This document shows positions 10,582 through 20,111 of a stretch of DNA of 64,000 nt, piece by piece (positions within the stretch are counted from its first letter, which is position 1; the number at the start of each line of letters is the position of its first letter). The DNA is taken from the NCBI GenBank assembly GCA_965222225.1, contig CBDCTK010000002.1, positions 960,001 to 1,024,000 of the forward strand. Direction: 5' to 3'. Below the pieces are notes generated by a model, which had not been told where the DNA came from, searched no databases, and saw nothing but the letters and a program-made list of their open reading frames with translations. The stretch comes from Candidatus Poribacteria bacterium (GTDB lineage Bacteria > Poribacteria > WGA-4E > JAJDTR01). Both the position numbers and the translations under genes were made by a program.

Positions 10582-10694
10582 GGAATTTCTATCGCAGGAT
10601 TTGCTATCGCGCGCTCTATTCGCTTGCTTGATCCCCTTGTTCAGTCGCTCGATTGGTCACTAGTCGTTCCTTTGATCGTTATCCACTCCCTTGA
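10582..10694 (-). repeat. Modular TCAAG...GCGATAG micro-insertion, copy 1 (4+2 modules), inside ISAs1 transposase
   Basis: Reverse complement reads TCAAGGGAGTGGATAACGA TCAAAGG... TCGAGCGACTGAAC... TCAAGCAAGCG... GCGATAGCAAATCC TGCGATAGAAATTCC. Confidence 0.8.
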
Positions 10695-10905
10695 TCGGTG
10701 CGGGTTTCAATACGTCCATGATCGCCGTCAATTGTTTGGTTCAAGTTGACTTCAACATCTCTTAACTCGCCAGTTGAGACGCCATCAAACAGAAGTTGAA
10801 CATCTTCATACAACTGTCCTCGATTGGCTTTTAGCGCGAAAACGTAATCGGCATCTGAATCCACAACGGTTTGAACGATGTCGGTTTGACAGCCCATCGC
10901 ATCAA

Positions 10906-10940
10906 GGGATCTCTATCGCACTCGCTGTCCACTCGCTTGA
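10906..10940 (-). repeat. Modular micro-insertion, copy 2 (minimal, 35 nt)
   Basis: TCAAGCGAGTGGACAGCGAGTGCGATAGAGATCCC; removing it restores IVTVDAMGCQ. Confidence 0.85.
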
Positions 10941-11966
10941 CAGTAACAATGTCCCCTGAAACCTCCAAAACCTCAAGCAACTGCGGAATGGCTGGTATCT
11001 CATTCGACTTGTCGGCGACTTTAATTTGCCCTAGTGCCACGCCTTGATGGCACGCCCACGCACTAACCAGGTGAATTGCTGATTTGTTGTTATGGGTTGC
11101 ATGGGAACGACGCAGTTGTTTTCCATCAACCGCAATCACTTGGCCTTGCGTGACTTCAATGGCGCTACGAATCCAGTTGATGAAACACTCCTCGAATTTC
11201 GTGGCATCTATCGCACCAAACACACGCCTGAATGTACCATGCGATGGGATGCCTTTTGGTAATTCCAAGAACTCAGCTAGCCACTTATACTTGGCGCCTC
11301 CGTATGCTACAACTGCTACCCAACTATCGGCGCCGCAAATAACCGTGCAGACAGTAATGACAACACTATCACGCAATCTATGCGGCGTGCGACAATCAAC
11401 TCGACTGGGGTCTGGCGATGAGCCAAAATGGGATCGTTAATCTCTAATCAACGACTAGCTTTACTCTAATATTGAGGAAATCGGGGGATTAGACAGGGTT
11501 CTACTCCTTAGAAGATTTTGCACAAGCTTAGCGCAATTTCCTCTCATGTCATGTCCACAATTTAGATGCGTTTCCCCTGAACTGTCTTGCTGGCTGCAAT
11601 ACTGCTAGGACTATTTTTAGCGTCCACCTACCTTGTGGACAGTATGAAAGCCTTATTCCTGAGAATACTGATTCTTAATGCCGCAAACGGGTGGGGCCAA
11701 TCGCCAGAATGGGTTTGGTTGGAGTGGTCTCGCGCATTGCCGGTTGTACGTTTTTTGCTGTTGTGTTAAAATGAGGCATTCAAATATCGTATTCTTAAGA
11801 GCACACGCATTCATGATTTACCAATTTGCTTTCTAGCAGTAATGTTCATAATCTATCATTTCAAGAACGGGAAACGCAGGGATGAGTCTCGAAGCACATC
11901 AAAACGTCGAGTTGCATGAGTCCCCATCGGCAAATTGGATCAAAATAGCGCCTCGGAGGAAAATAA

Positions 11967-13058
11967 ATGAGAAAATTACGTGTAGGCTTCATCGGTTCCG
12001 GTGGCATTACGGAACTACACTATCCGGCCTACAAGGACAACCCCAAAGCAGAGTTATACGCGATTTGCGACGTTGACGAAGAGCAACTCAATGAACGTGC
12101 CGCCGAGTGGGGGATTGAGAGAACATATACCGACTACCGCGAACTCATAGACAACCCTGATATAGACGCCGTTGAAATCATCACTCCCCACCATTTGCAT
12201 TGTGAAATGGGTGTAGCTGCGCTGGAGGCGGGCAAGCACGTTTCCATGCAGAAGCCCCCGGCGATTAACGTTGCCGAGTGTGACAAACTGATTGAAGCCG
12301 CGAGTCGTTCGGACAAGGTGTTTCGGGTCTTCGAGAACTTTCAGTATTATCCCCCAATGGTGAAAGCCAAGGAACTTCTCGATTCGGGTGCCATTGGCGA
12401 GCCGTTGTCCATCCGAATAAAGTGCGTGCAAGGCAAAACCGGAAAAGGTGGAGAGATTCCGTATCGTCGTTGGGCATGGCGGTTCGATCCGGCGCAGAGT
12501 GGCGGTGGGCGGGTCATCTTTGACTACGGTTACCACCTCTTCTCCATCGCTAGGTGGTATCTCGGCGAGATCGAAAAGGTATTTTCGTGGATTACCTACC
12601 GTCCGATTCAGTACGACTGGATTCTCGATAGTCCGGCAGTGGCGATCTGGAAATACAAAAACGCCGAGAAATACGGTTCCTACGAGGTGATTTCCTCCGA
12701 CGACATGTTGGTGCAATCCAAGACGCTGGTGAAAGGCAGAAAAGGACGTGCAGAGGATGAGTGGGTAGAACTCAGCGGATCGCGTGGTTTCCTATGGATT
12801 ACGCGTTGTACCACTAACTTGCTGGATCGGCCTCCGTTAATTATGTATCGGGACGGGGTGACCACCGAGTTTTCAAATATGCCAACGGATTGGGGAGCTA
12901 GTTTCGTCGCCGGCATAAATGACTTCATTGATGGCATACTTGAAGGGCGGAAAGTGAGACAGTCAGGGGAGGAGGGGAAGTTGGTTCTGCAGATCTGCCG
13001 TGCGATTCAACTCTCCGCGAAGGAGGGACGTGAAGTCCGCCCTGAAGAGATAGTTTAG
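11967..13058 (+). CDS. Gfo/Idh/MocA oxidoreductase
   Basis: GFIGSGGI, MQKP, GGGRVIFDYGYH; RBS GGAGG. Confidence 0.9.
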   Translation: MRKLRVGFIGSGGITELHYPAYKDNPKAELYAICDVDEEQLNERAAEWGIERTYTDYRELIDNPDIDAVEIITPHHLHCEMGVAALEAGKHVSMQKPPAINVAECDKLIEAASRSDKVFRVFENFQYYPPMVKAKELLDSGAIGEPLSIRIKCVQGKTGKGGEIPYRRWAWRFDPAQSGGGRVIFDYGYHLFSIARWYLGEIEKVFSWITYRPIQYDWILDSPAVAIWKYKNAEKYGSYEVISSDDMLVQSKTLVKGRKGRAEDEWVELSGSRGFLWITRCTTNLLDRPPLIMYRDGVTTEFSNMPTDWGASFVAGINDFIDGILEGRKVRQSGEEGKLVLQICRAIQLSAKEGREVRPEEIV

Positions 13059-13093
13059 AATCGGGGCGGTAGTGAGATTCATGTAAAGAATTC

Positions 13094-13124
13094 CCAAGGC
13101 TGTCTCTGGTTTCAACAGCCTTGG
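13094..13124. terminator. Hairpin between convergent genes
   Basis: CCAAGGCTGT / ACAGCCTTGG 10-bp stem; no strong U tract. Confidence 0.4.
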
Positions 13125-13157
13125 CGGAGGAATTCTAACCGTGAGAACTCCACGGGA

Positions 13158-13496
13158 TTACCATTTTACTAAATCCGGTTTCTGTGCTTCCCAACCGTTA
13201 TCAGATGGAAATACGGTTTTCATCGAAACCTTCCGGATTTCGCCATCGAACATCGGTTTAACAATTGAAATCCATTTCTTGAAGTGCGGAGTTTCCAAGT
13301 GAGCCTGAAAGGCTTCCTCATCGCGATACACCTCGTAAAGATAGAAGCGTGTGGGAACATCTGCGCCCTCGTTGATGTCAAACCGAAAGCAACCGGGCTC
13401 ATCGCGCACCGAGCCTTGCGCGTCGCCGAAGCTTGCTTGTGTAAACTCGTCCAGATGTTCTTCTTTGACGTTAATCGTTACGAAAATTGAAAACAT
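13158..13496 (-). CDS. ABM-domain (LsrG-like / putative quinol monooxygenase) protein
   Basis: EPGCFRFD, FYLYEVY, AHLETPHF. Confidence 0.85.
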   Translation of the reverse strand: MFSIFVTINVKEEHLDEFTQASFGDAQGSVRDEPGCFRFDINEGADVPTRFYLYEVYRDEEAFQAHLETPHFKKWISIVKPMFDGEIRKVSMKTVFPSDNGWEAQKPDLVKW

Positions 13497-13791
13497 AATG
13501 TCTCCTTTAGTGGGTTTGCCGGTTGTGTACGGGTTCGTGATGTTGATCGATGAGGGTTTGAGGTTAGCGGGTCAACAACTCGCTCTCATGGCGTAGTCTA
13601 GCAGACTTTCAAGCCGGAGAAAACTCTTTCCGGTCGACGTTGTTTTCTCCGATTCTATGTAGATAGCTTGGAATCGAAAATCGTCGTCCCTTGAGGTGCT
13701 GAATTCTCTACCGGCTAGAGTTTGTACATCGGTTTCAGCATAAATTGAGCTACTTCAGAAAGATTGTCAAACACACTGTTGACCCGGCAGT

Positions 13792-14574
13792 TCATTGCCG
13801 CATTTTTATCGCTCCCCACACCGCAGCGAGTTTTCCCGAAGGCGCAATTGCCAACACGCTCTGCAGTCCGTTCGTCATGATTTCGTTGATGGTCTTTTCA
13901 CTCAATGCTTCATTGAAGATTCCAACTTCGTCGAGTATGCCGTTGAAGTATCGAGGGCCAAAAGCCCATCTTCCTATCGCAAGATCCGCTTTCACGGTGT
14001 CAATCCTGTATTTTTTCAAGCCGTCCAAGACTCGTTTGTGCACATTGACTCCGTCCTTATACAAGTTATATTCTCTCGTCACGGAATCGTACGTTCCCGC
14101 GACGTGATGCCAATCTGTGTCCCTCCAAGTTTCTCGATCAAAGAAATGCCAGCGTCCATCGACGTGAACACCGAAATGAAATCTCGCAAATCTAATTGAA
14201 AGCGCATACGCTCCCGGTTCTGCGGTACTACCCTTTATTACGGCTCTCTCATGGTCGTCGTTGCTTGTGGTATGTCTTTTCGCCCACATCACAATTGTAA
14301 TTGCTTCGGTGATATTGAGGCTTGGACTGTCGGGCACATCGACATAATCTTCTTCCCCATCAAACTCCAGCGCCGTACCAAACTTTCCACCCACCCATGC
14401 CGCTTCGCTTTTCAATTTGCCATGGTTCTCGTGCGGCGCGCCATCTCTCACGATTTGCCCTTCGCCTTCGTCGAAAAGCCAGATTGCCACTGCTTTATTT
14501 ATTATGGGCTTGCTCAAGGCATCCCACGATGAACCGAGTACAATGAGACTGATCAGGATGAATACTCTTTTCAT
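13792..14574 (-). CDS. Secreted LamG/concanavalin-like domain protein
   Basis: Signal peptide; WLFDEGEG, GKFGTALEFDG, WHHVAGTYD, FNGILDEV; C-terminal GKLAAVWGAIK. Confidence 0.88.
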   Translation of the reverse strand: MKRVFILISLIVLGSSWDALSKPIINKAVAIWLFDEGEGQIVRDGAPHENHGKLKSEAAWVGGKFGTALEFDGEEDYVDVPDSPSLNITEAITIVMWAKRHTTSNDDHERAVIKGSTAEPGAYALSIRFARFHFGVHVDGRWHFFDRETWRDTDWHHVAGTYDSVTREYNLYKDGVNVHKRVLDGLKKYRIDTVKADLAIGRWAFGPRYFNGILDEVGIFNEALSEKTINEIMTNGLQSVLAIAPSGKLAAVWGAIKMRQ

Positions 14575-16554
14575 CTATACCTCAATCTTCTCGTAGGTGA
14601 GTAATGCGGCACCCGGCTGCTCCGAAATGGTTACGGTAAGCCCATCGCTCATGAGTTCTCTTCCGGTCATCTGCCTCGTTTTACCCGTGTCTTGGTTGGA
14701 CACAATGTATACCGCATCTGATTCCAGCGCTTGCAGCTTGTATTGTGCCGAGACGTAAGGACAAGCGGGACGTCGAAACGCTTGGATTAAGCCCGCTGAA
14801 CCGTCGGGACGATTGAACTGCCAAGCCATCCAGACATCTTTGGTAATACTGTAGGCGCTTAACGGCCAGAAATCACCGAAGAAGAATTCGGCGGCATTTC
14901 GCCATAGACTGAGGCATTTTGTGGCACTGTCGATATCGAAGTCATCTTTCCGGACATCCCAGTTGCACTGCAAAAATGGCGCGATGCTGCTGCGGAAGTA
15001 GTAGTCGTCGAACCGTTCATAGTTCGTGTGATCGAAGAACGGGAGCCAAAGCCCGAATCCGTAGGTGCAACACTGATATGCCTCCGCGTCGTTTTCTACG
15101 TCCGTGGGCAGGATGGGTACGGCACGTCTCATTGTCTCCAAGTCATCCCGTCGGCCTCCGCTCGCGCAAGAATCAATCAACATCCCGGGGTAGCGGCGGC
15201 GCAGTTCGTCCCAATAAGCAAGATATCCTTCGATGTAGCGAATCTCGGTAATGCCTTGACGATCCTCGGCATCGTTTGCCCTCCAAAAGGGCAGCGGGTC
15301 TATGTTGAAGTCCGATCGATACAAATCGATGCCAGATTCAGAGATTATGTTATCCACACGGTCAATGACCCATTCTACCACCTCAGGTTCATCAAGTTTA
15401 AGCAGTCCGCCCTCCACTCCTCCGTGAATCCATTCAGGATGGTTTTGAGTCAACCATGTGTCCGCGGAGACTCGCTCCATCTCGAACCAGACCATGAGTT
15501 CAATCTGATCTGAATGACAGCGATCGCCAATTGGCGCCAGCCCGTTTGGAAAACGTCCGCGGTCAGCTTCCCAGGTACCCACTTTACCCCAACCGGCGCC
15601 TCCGTTATCGTACCAGCCGGCATCCATCCACCAATAGCTGAGTTGTATCCCGGCGTCACGAAAACGGTCAAGGATCTCAATATCGCCGTCTTGAGTACAA
15701 TTGAACGCGTAAATCTGGACACTTCCGGCTCCTAATTTTGGCGACAACGGCTTGCCGTGGTCTTTGGGGAAATTATGGTCTAGCATCCAACGTCGCCAAA
15801 AATTCTGGGCGCGAAGCCAGTCGCCTCGGTAGAATTGGAGCGCGATTAACGGGGTGCGTATCTCTTCTCCGGGATGAAGTGTCAAGTGAGTTAATTCTTG
15901 GCCGGCGATGACACGCAATTCTGTTCCTTCGTCACGAATAAATTGAGACTTCCATTGGCCCGGCCATCCTATCGCTACTATTATGCCTCGGCCTTCATCA
16001 GGACACTCCAAGTTGTAATATGGCCATTCTCCGTTGCTGGGACGACCACCATCGGGGACGAAGGTCTTCGACACCTCACGGCCAAGCCTTGTTTCAATGG
16101 GGGCAAAGCTATCGATTGTACATTTGTCGCCGATGTGATGGTGCAGTACAAACTCGCCATCGGCACTACGTTCGAATACGGCGTCTATTGCCTGAATCGA
16201 AGAAAGAATGGGGGTATTCGTGTTACCGTTGTTTTTGAAATACACGGTCCATTCAACGGTTGGATAGTTCTTCCATATCACCATCACACACCGCACTTGG
16301 AGCCCTGTTTTCGTATCGGTATGGGTTATTGTTCGCTCTGTACGATGTTCGTCAAGTTCATTTTCGGTGCGTTCCACGTCCCATGTTTTGAGGAACTCAC
16401 TGGAAGGCTGACCACCGTAAAGGAACGAGAAGAGCCGTTCCGGGCTCTCTGCATTAGACTTCTCCGACGCCCATTGGTGGGCGTCGGCCATCTCCTCGGA
16501 AGTCGGAGAACTCGCGTATACGTGCGGCAACAACGTGGTCAAAATATCTATCAT
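14575..16554 (-). CDS. Alpha-galactosidase, GH36-like
   Basis: WWMDAGWY, RFPNGL, YRSDFN, DSCASGGRR. Confidence 0.85.
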   Translation of the reverse strand: MIDILTTLLPHVYASSPTSEEMADAHQWASEKSNAESPERLFSFLYGGQPSSEFLKTWDVERTENELDEHRTERTITHTDTKTGLQVRCVMVIWKNYPTVEWTVYFKNNGNTNTPILSSIQAIDAVFERSADGEFVLHHHIGDKCTIDSFAPIETRLGREVSKTFVPDGGRPSNGEWPYYNLECPDEGRGIIVAIGWPGQWKSQFIRDEGTELRVIAGQELTHLTLHPGEEIRTPLIALQFYRGDWLRAQNFWRRWMLDHNFPKDHGKPLSPKLGAGSVQIYAFNCTQDGDIEILDRFRDAGIQLSYWWMDAGWYDNGGAGWGKVGTWEADRGRFPNGLAPIGDRCHSDQIELMVWFEMERVSADTWLTQNHPEWIHGGVEGGLLKLDEPEVVEWVIDRVDNIISESGIDLYRSDFNIDPLPFWRANDAEDRQGITEIRYIEGYLAYWDELRRRYPGMLIDSCASGGRRDDLETMRRAVPILPTDVENDAEAYQCCTYGFGLWLPFFDHTNYERFDDYYFRSSIAPFLQCNWDVRKDDFDIDSATKCLSLWRNAAEFFFGDFWPLSAYSITKDVWMAWQFNRPDGSAGLIQAFRRPACPYVSAQYKLQALESDAVYIVSNQDTGKTRQMTGRELMSDGLTVTISEQPGAALLTYEKIEV

Positions 16555-16599
16555 GCCTCATAACCTCCCGATTTTTACGGTAGATTTGCAATTTTACAA

Positions 16600-17607
16600 C
16601 TAAGCAATGCACTTACCCAAATTGGTCAACGGCGTTCGGACGATAAACACTCCTGGTCCGCCGTGTTGTTCTACATCTAAGTCGTAAAAGATAGTCCCAA
16701 GCGTTTCGTTGTCAATCTGCACGGTACGCGGCCAGCCCCGTCCCATGATTCGCCGACCGGGATTGTGGACTTCATAAGCGGCATCAAACTCCCACGTCTT
16801 GCCATCATCTTGAGACTGGGCTAACTCGTAACTAAATTCTCCGTCAACGCCAACCCCGTATACGATGTAGGTCAAAACAATCCAACCGTTGTTCAACACG
16901 GTCAGATCGTACCCCGCGACGCCAAAATGTGGGAAGCAGTTCAACGCATCCCACGTCAGGCCGTTGTCGGTGGAGCGAAGTCCTCTCACCATATTCCCCG
17001 GCACTCCGACAGGTACGGGAGCAACCGTCTGCGGCGCGCCGCTAATGAGTGTTCCTTGGGAGGTTCTTACAATTGGCACCATTCCGTGATTTCGTCCATC
17101 GCCGAAAGGGATAATTTTTTCCGTGCGTGCGTTGTAAAGGACGGTACGATCGTAGAAGGGACATAGCCACTCATCCGTCCCCCATTCGAGCACCGCATGG
17201 CGCAGACAGGTATAGTTGCTGCAATCAGGAATCGGATAGTTGCGTGGTTCGGACCATGTTTCGCCATCATCGCTGCTGATCGAAAACTGCGGCTGCCGCC
17301 AAAGGTCGTCTCCCGATTCACGATAGCACGACCAATTGAGCAGGATTCGTCCATCGCTGAATGCGGTTAGCGATCCGGGGTAGATTGAGCAATTTCGGAT
17401 GACAGGGATAGGTATTGAATTGGACCACGTCCTTCCGCCATCGCTAGAACGACTCAAGAGGAGCTCTTTCCCGCCGCCCCCTTCTTTGTTGTACACGACT
17501 AGGAGGTCGCCGCGTCCGGTAGTGCAGACCGCCGGATGGACGTGTCCGCCGATGACATCGGCAATGCGTATCGGTTGGCTGGGGTTACTTTGAGTGACAG
17601 TCGACAT
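16600..17607 (-). CDS. BNR/Asp-box (sialidase-like) beta-propeller protein
   Basis: Four SxDxGxTW Asp-boxes. Confidence 0.8.
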   Translation of the reverse strand: MSTVTQSNPSQPIRIADVIGGHVHPAVCTTGRGDLLVVYNKEGGGGKELLLSRSSDGGRTWSNSIPIPVIRNCSIYPGSLTAFSDGRILLNWSCYRESGDDLWRQPQFSISSDDGETWSEPRNYPIPDCSNYTCLRHAVLEWGTDEWLCPFYDRTVLYNARTEKIIPFGDGRNHGMVPIVRTSQGTLISGAPQTVAPVPVGVPGNMVRGLRSTDNGLTWDALNCFPHFGVAGYDLTVLNNGWIVLTYIVYGVGVDGEFSYELAQSQDDGKTWEFDAAYEVHNPGRRIMGRGWPRTVQIDNETLGTIFYDLDVEQHGGPGVFIVRTPLTNLGKCIA

Positions 17608-17730
17608 TTCCTTCTATCCTCGTTCGTAATTGTACAATCGCTATTTTAGCATGTTTTCATTTTAAGGCAAAGAGGATATTCATTCGTGGGTCGCGTTAGT
17701 CAGTTGTTTTATACTTGAGATACAGTTTTG

Positions 17731-17883
17731 TCAAAGAATAGCATGCAAGGATCGTCGCGAAAGGGTTTTACTTCGGGCGGATGGTATACACGGGATAACA
17801 TCCGTATCTATTAGCATTGCGCCGAGCACTGCGCGCTCGGCTTCCCTGTCGTGGAGTGGTTCATGGTTATTATCGTTTGTCAT
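17731..17883 (-). pseudogene. Truncated DnaB-like helicase N-terminal fragment
   Basis: 50-aa ORF not in the supplied track: MTNDNNHEPLHDREAERAVLGAMLIDTDVIP, matching the DnaB N-terminal PHxxEAExAVLG motif. Confidence 0.7.
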
Positions 17884-17920
17884 TCATGCTCGCCTTGTGG
17901 GTAGTCTGAGTCAGGCACAT

Positions 17921-18190
17921 CTAGCAGAGAGCAAAAATCAGCAATATCGATGTTATCACCAAGATGTTCGAACACGGATGTTCGAACACGGATTTTGCCT
18001 TTTCGATAGTGCCGTAGTAGATTTCTAATTCAGCGCCAAGCCCGAGAATGTTGGATATTGTATTGGGAGGACCGCCATCGTGGGAAGTTCGGCGGGCGTA
18101 AATGACGGCGTAATCATCGCCTTCGTCGTCAATGCTCAGTTCGAATTCGAAGTTAATACGCTTGGTTAATTGGCGTTCTGCATCGCTCAT
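17921..18190 (-). CDS. Small hypothetical protein (phage-like)
   Basis: RBS GGAGG; a 14-bp tandem duplication at 17963-17990 probably alters the C-terminus. Confidence 0.5.
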   Translation of the reverse strand: MSDAERQLTKRINFEFELSIDDEGDDYAVIYARRTSHDGGPPNTISNILGLGAELEIYYGTIEKAKSVFEHPCSNILVITSILLIFALC

Positions 18191-18304
18191 TTTCGGTTAA
18201 TCCTCCAAAAATCGGCGTCATAGTTGCGTTGTGCGGGGTTTTTCCGCAGGCAAAGGTATTGGGATACCCCGCGACACGGCGTGCGGATACATCGCCAGAA
18301 TGGG

Positions 18305-18514
18305 CTAGGCAATCTCATTATTGGTTTCCACATGTCCTGTTCCGTCGTTATCAAGCGAAAGTGCTATCGCGAGATGTCCACTATGGTTGTAGACTTGAAT
18401 ATATGCGCCAATATGGTCCACAGATAACTCGATTTTAGATAATCCACTGGGGCGTTTAATTGTTAACTTTTCACATGTGATATGTGTGAAGTGTGCATTT
18501 TGGGGTTGTTGCAT
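18305..18514 (-). CDS. Small hypothetical protein (phage-like)
   Basis: RBS TAAGGAG before ATG. Confidence 0.5.
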   Translation of the reverse strand: MQQPQNAHFTHITCEKLTIKRPSGLSKIELSVDHIGAYIQVYNHSGHLAIALSLDNDGTGHVETNNEIA

Positions 18515-18598
18515 TTGAATTCTCCTTATTTTGGCATTTCGTCGAATAGTTGCACCATGGCGGAAAAATGTTCGAGAGAAACCGGGGAAACGGAGGTG

Positions 18599-18827
18599 CT
18601 ATAAATCGGTGCTATCACGGGCTTCGTGGGAATCGAGCGAATTTTTTCCGTCTCGAATTGCTTTTCTATGTCGATCTTTGAATCGTGGAAAGTCAGAGAT
18701 AATCATTTCTGCCGCGACATTGGACGTGGCACGGTCGAGTGCCTCACCGACTTCGGACAATTCGCGGATAAGAGGTTCGGGAAGGTAGACGCTGATAAGT
18801 TTTCGTCTGACTCGTTTTTTTTGGCAT
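18599..18827 (-). pseudogene. Ribbon-helix-helix (Arc/CopG-like) regulator, frameshifted in an A8 run
   Basis: AGGAGG then ATG at 18827; with A7 it reads MPKKRVRRKLISVYLPEPLIRELSEVGEALDRATSNVAAEMII. Confidence 0.6.
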
Positions 18828-18862
18828 GGTTTATGACCTCCTGATAAAATCAAGTATGATAT

Positions 18863-18946
18863 ATTATAATGGGATAATGCTGATTTATGAATGAAAAATA
18901 GCATCGGGACAAAGGCTTGAATCTACGCCATGTAATTGAGTATAAT
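18863..18946. promoter_or_regulatory. Back-to-back sigma70-type promoters
   Basis: Minus strand TTCATA-17-TATAAT (18891-18863); plus strand TTGAAT-18-TATAAT (18917-18946). Confidence 0.55.
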
Positions 18947-19151
18947 AACCCCTATTCATACGATTTACTCAGTGAATAAAGAGTAATCATAGGCCAACCC
19001 TTCGAACCGCTCCCGTCGGATAGTTTTTCTCTTTTTGAAAACCATTCCCTTTATTTCCGTCAGCGGTCAAGCCGCGCCGTCAAATGGTAATCCAGACAGA
19101 CCAAAGTGAAAAAACTCGTATATTCAGTTGTGTTGAAGCAATATAGGAGAA

Positions 19152-20111
19152 ATGACGTTGCAGCAACTACCAGAGCATGACGAGAAGTACCAGATAATCC
19201 TCAAGAACAACACGTACTATTTCTCTAATCCTGATTATGAGGAACAGTATGAAGGGAATATCGTACAGTTATCTGAGCTGCTAGCTTCATTAAAACGGCT
19301 GGTTGATACGCAAGGATTGAAGAAGGAGTTAGTCGTCGATTTTATCCAACAACGTAATCAAGGACTGAAGGCCCTCTTAATACCCACAGGAATCTCTAAG
19401 GAAAGCTTGCTAAGGCTTATTACGTTTGTACGACTTGTTTACGACGCGACGTTGAGTCGCGCACTTAAACGAGAAGACTGGGCAGGAGAAACATTCGACA
19501 AAGAATGGACAGAAAATCAAATAATAAAACTTAGTCAAACCAATAGAGCTTTTGCTGAATGCCTTGTTACTTTATTCTTTGAAGGCGCAACGTATGATGT
19601 GTTGACAAAGGTACTACCGCTTTTTGAATTGAAGAAACTGAAAGCTTCCAAGCTCAACTTGAACACTAACGATCTCATTGACACAATTGTCAGATACAAC
19701 GTGCGAGGTGCTTACAAAGCAAGTAAATCAAACAATGCAGAGATTTTGCTGGAAGCAATTCTGGAAGAGCATGGGTATGAATTTGAAAGGGGACAATTGC
19801 CTAATATTAGCCGCGCAATGGACTTTATTATACCAAACAAAATTCGTCCCAGGGTCATCGTCGAATCCTCATACGTTGTGACCACGTCCAGCGGAATGGG
19901 AGATAAAGCAAAAACAGAAATTGCTGTTTCTGACCAAATTCGGCGTTACTATGAATACGCTATTTTTGTTGGATTTGTTGATGGAATCGGCTGGCTTGCC
20001 AGACAAAATGATTTGAAACGCTTACTCTCCGCTTTTGATAATGTCTTTACATATGCTCCAGAAGAACAGCAGCGATTTATTGAATTTTTGAACGATGTTT
20101 TTGGAAGGTGA
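19152..20111 (+). CDS. Type II restriction endonuclease, DpnII-like PD-(D/E)xK family
   Basis: MDFIIP...VESSY...TTSSGMGDKAKTE...FVGFVDGIGW; lower GC; overlaps the methyltransferase by 4 nt. Confidence 0.75.
   Translation: MTLQQLPEHDEKYQIILKNNTYYFSNPDYEEQYEGNIVQLSELLASLKRLVDTQGLKKELVVDFIQQRNQGLKALLIPTGISKESLLRLITFVRLVYDATLSRALKREDWAGETFDKEWTENQIIKLSQTNRAFAECLVTLFFEGATYDVLTKVLPLFELKKLKASKLNLNTNDLIDTIVRYNVRGAYKASKSNNAEILLEAILEEHGYEFERGQLPNISRAMDFIIPNKIRPRVIVESSYVVTTSSGMGDKAKTEIAVSDQIRRYYEYAIFVGFVDGIGWLARQNDLKRLLSAFDNVFTYAPEEQQRFIEFLNDVFGR

Larger units (their letters stand above)
10193..11579 (-). mobile_element. ISAs1-family insertion sequence with pseudogenised transposase
   Basis: Terminal IRs CAGGGGAAACGAATCT / AGATGCGTTTCCCCTG (15/16). 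Fragments read IAVDGK, KSNEIPA, DAMGCQ, HGRIETR, HWRIENSCHWVLDV. In-frame TAG and two insertions. Confidence 0.92.

Noticed and set aside
10184-11590. Target duplication around ISAs1
   Set aside because: Flanks GGGACCAGA and AACTGTCTT do not match
17821-17841. GCCGAGC/GCTCGGC hairpin as a terminator
   Set aside because: It lies inside the DnaB-like EAERAVLG codons; probably coincidental
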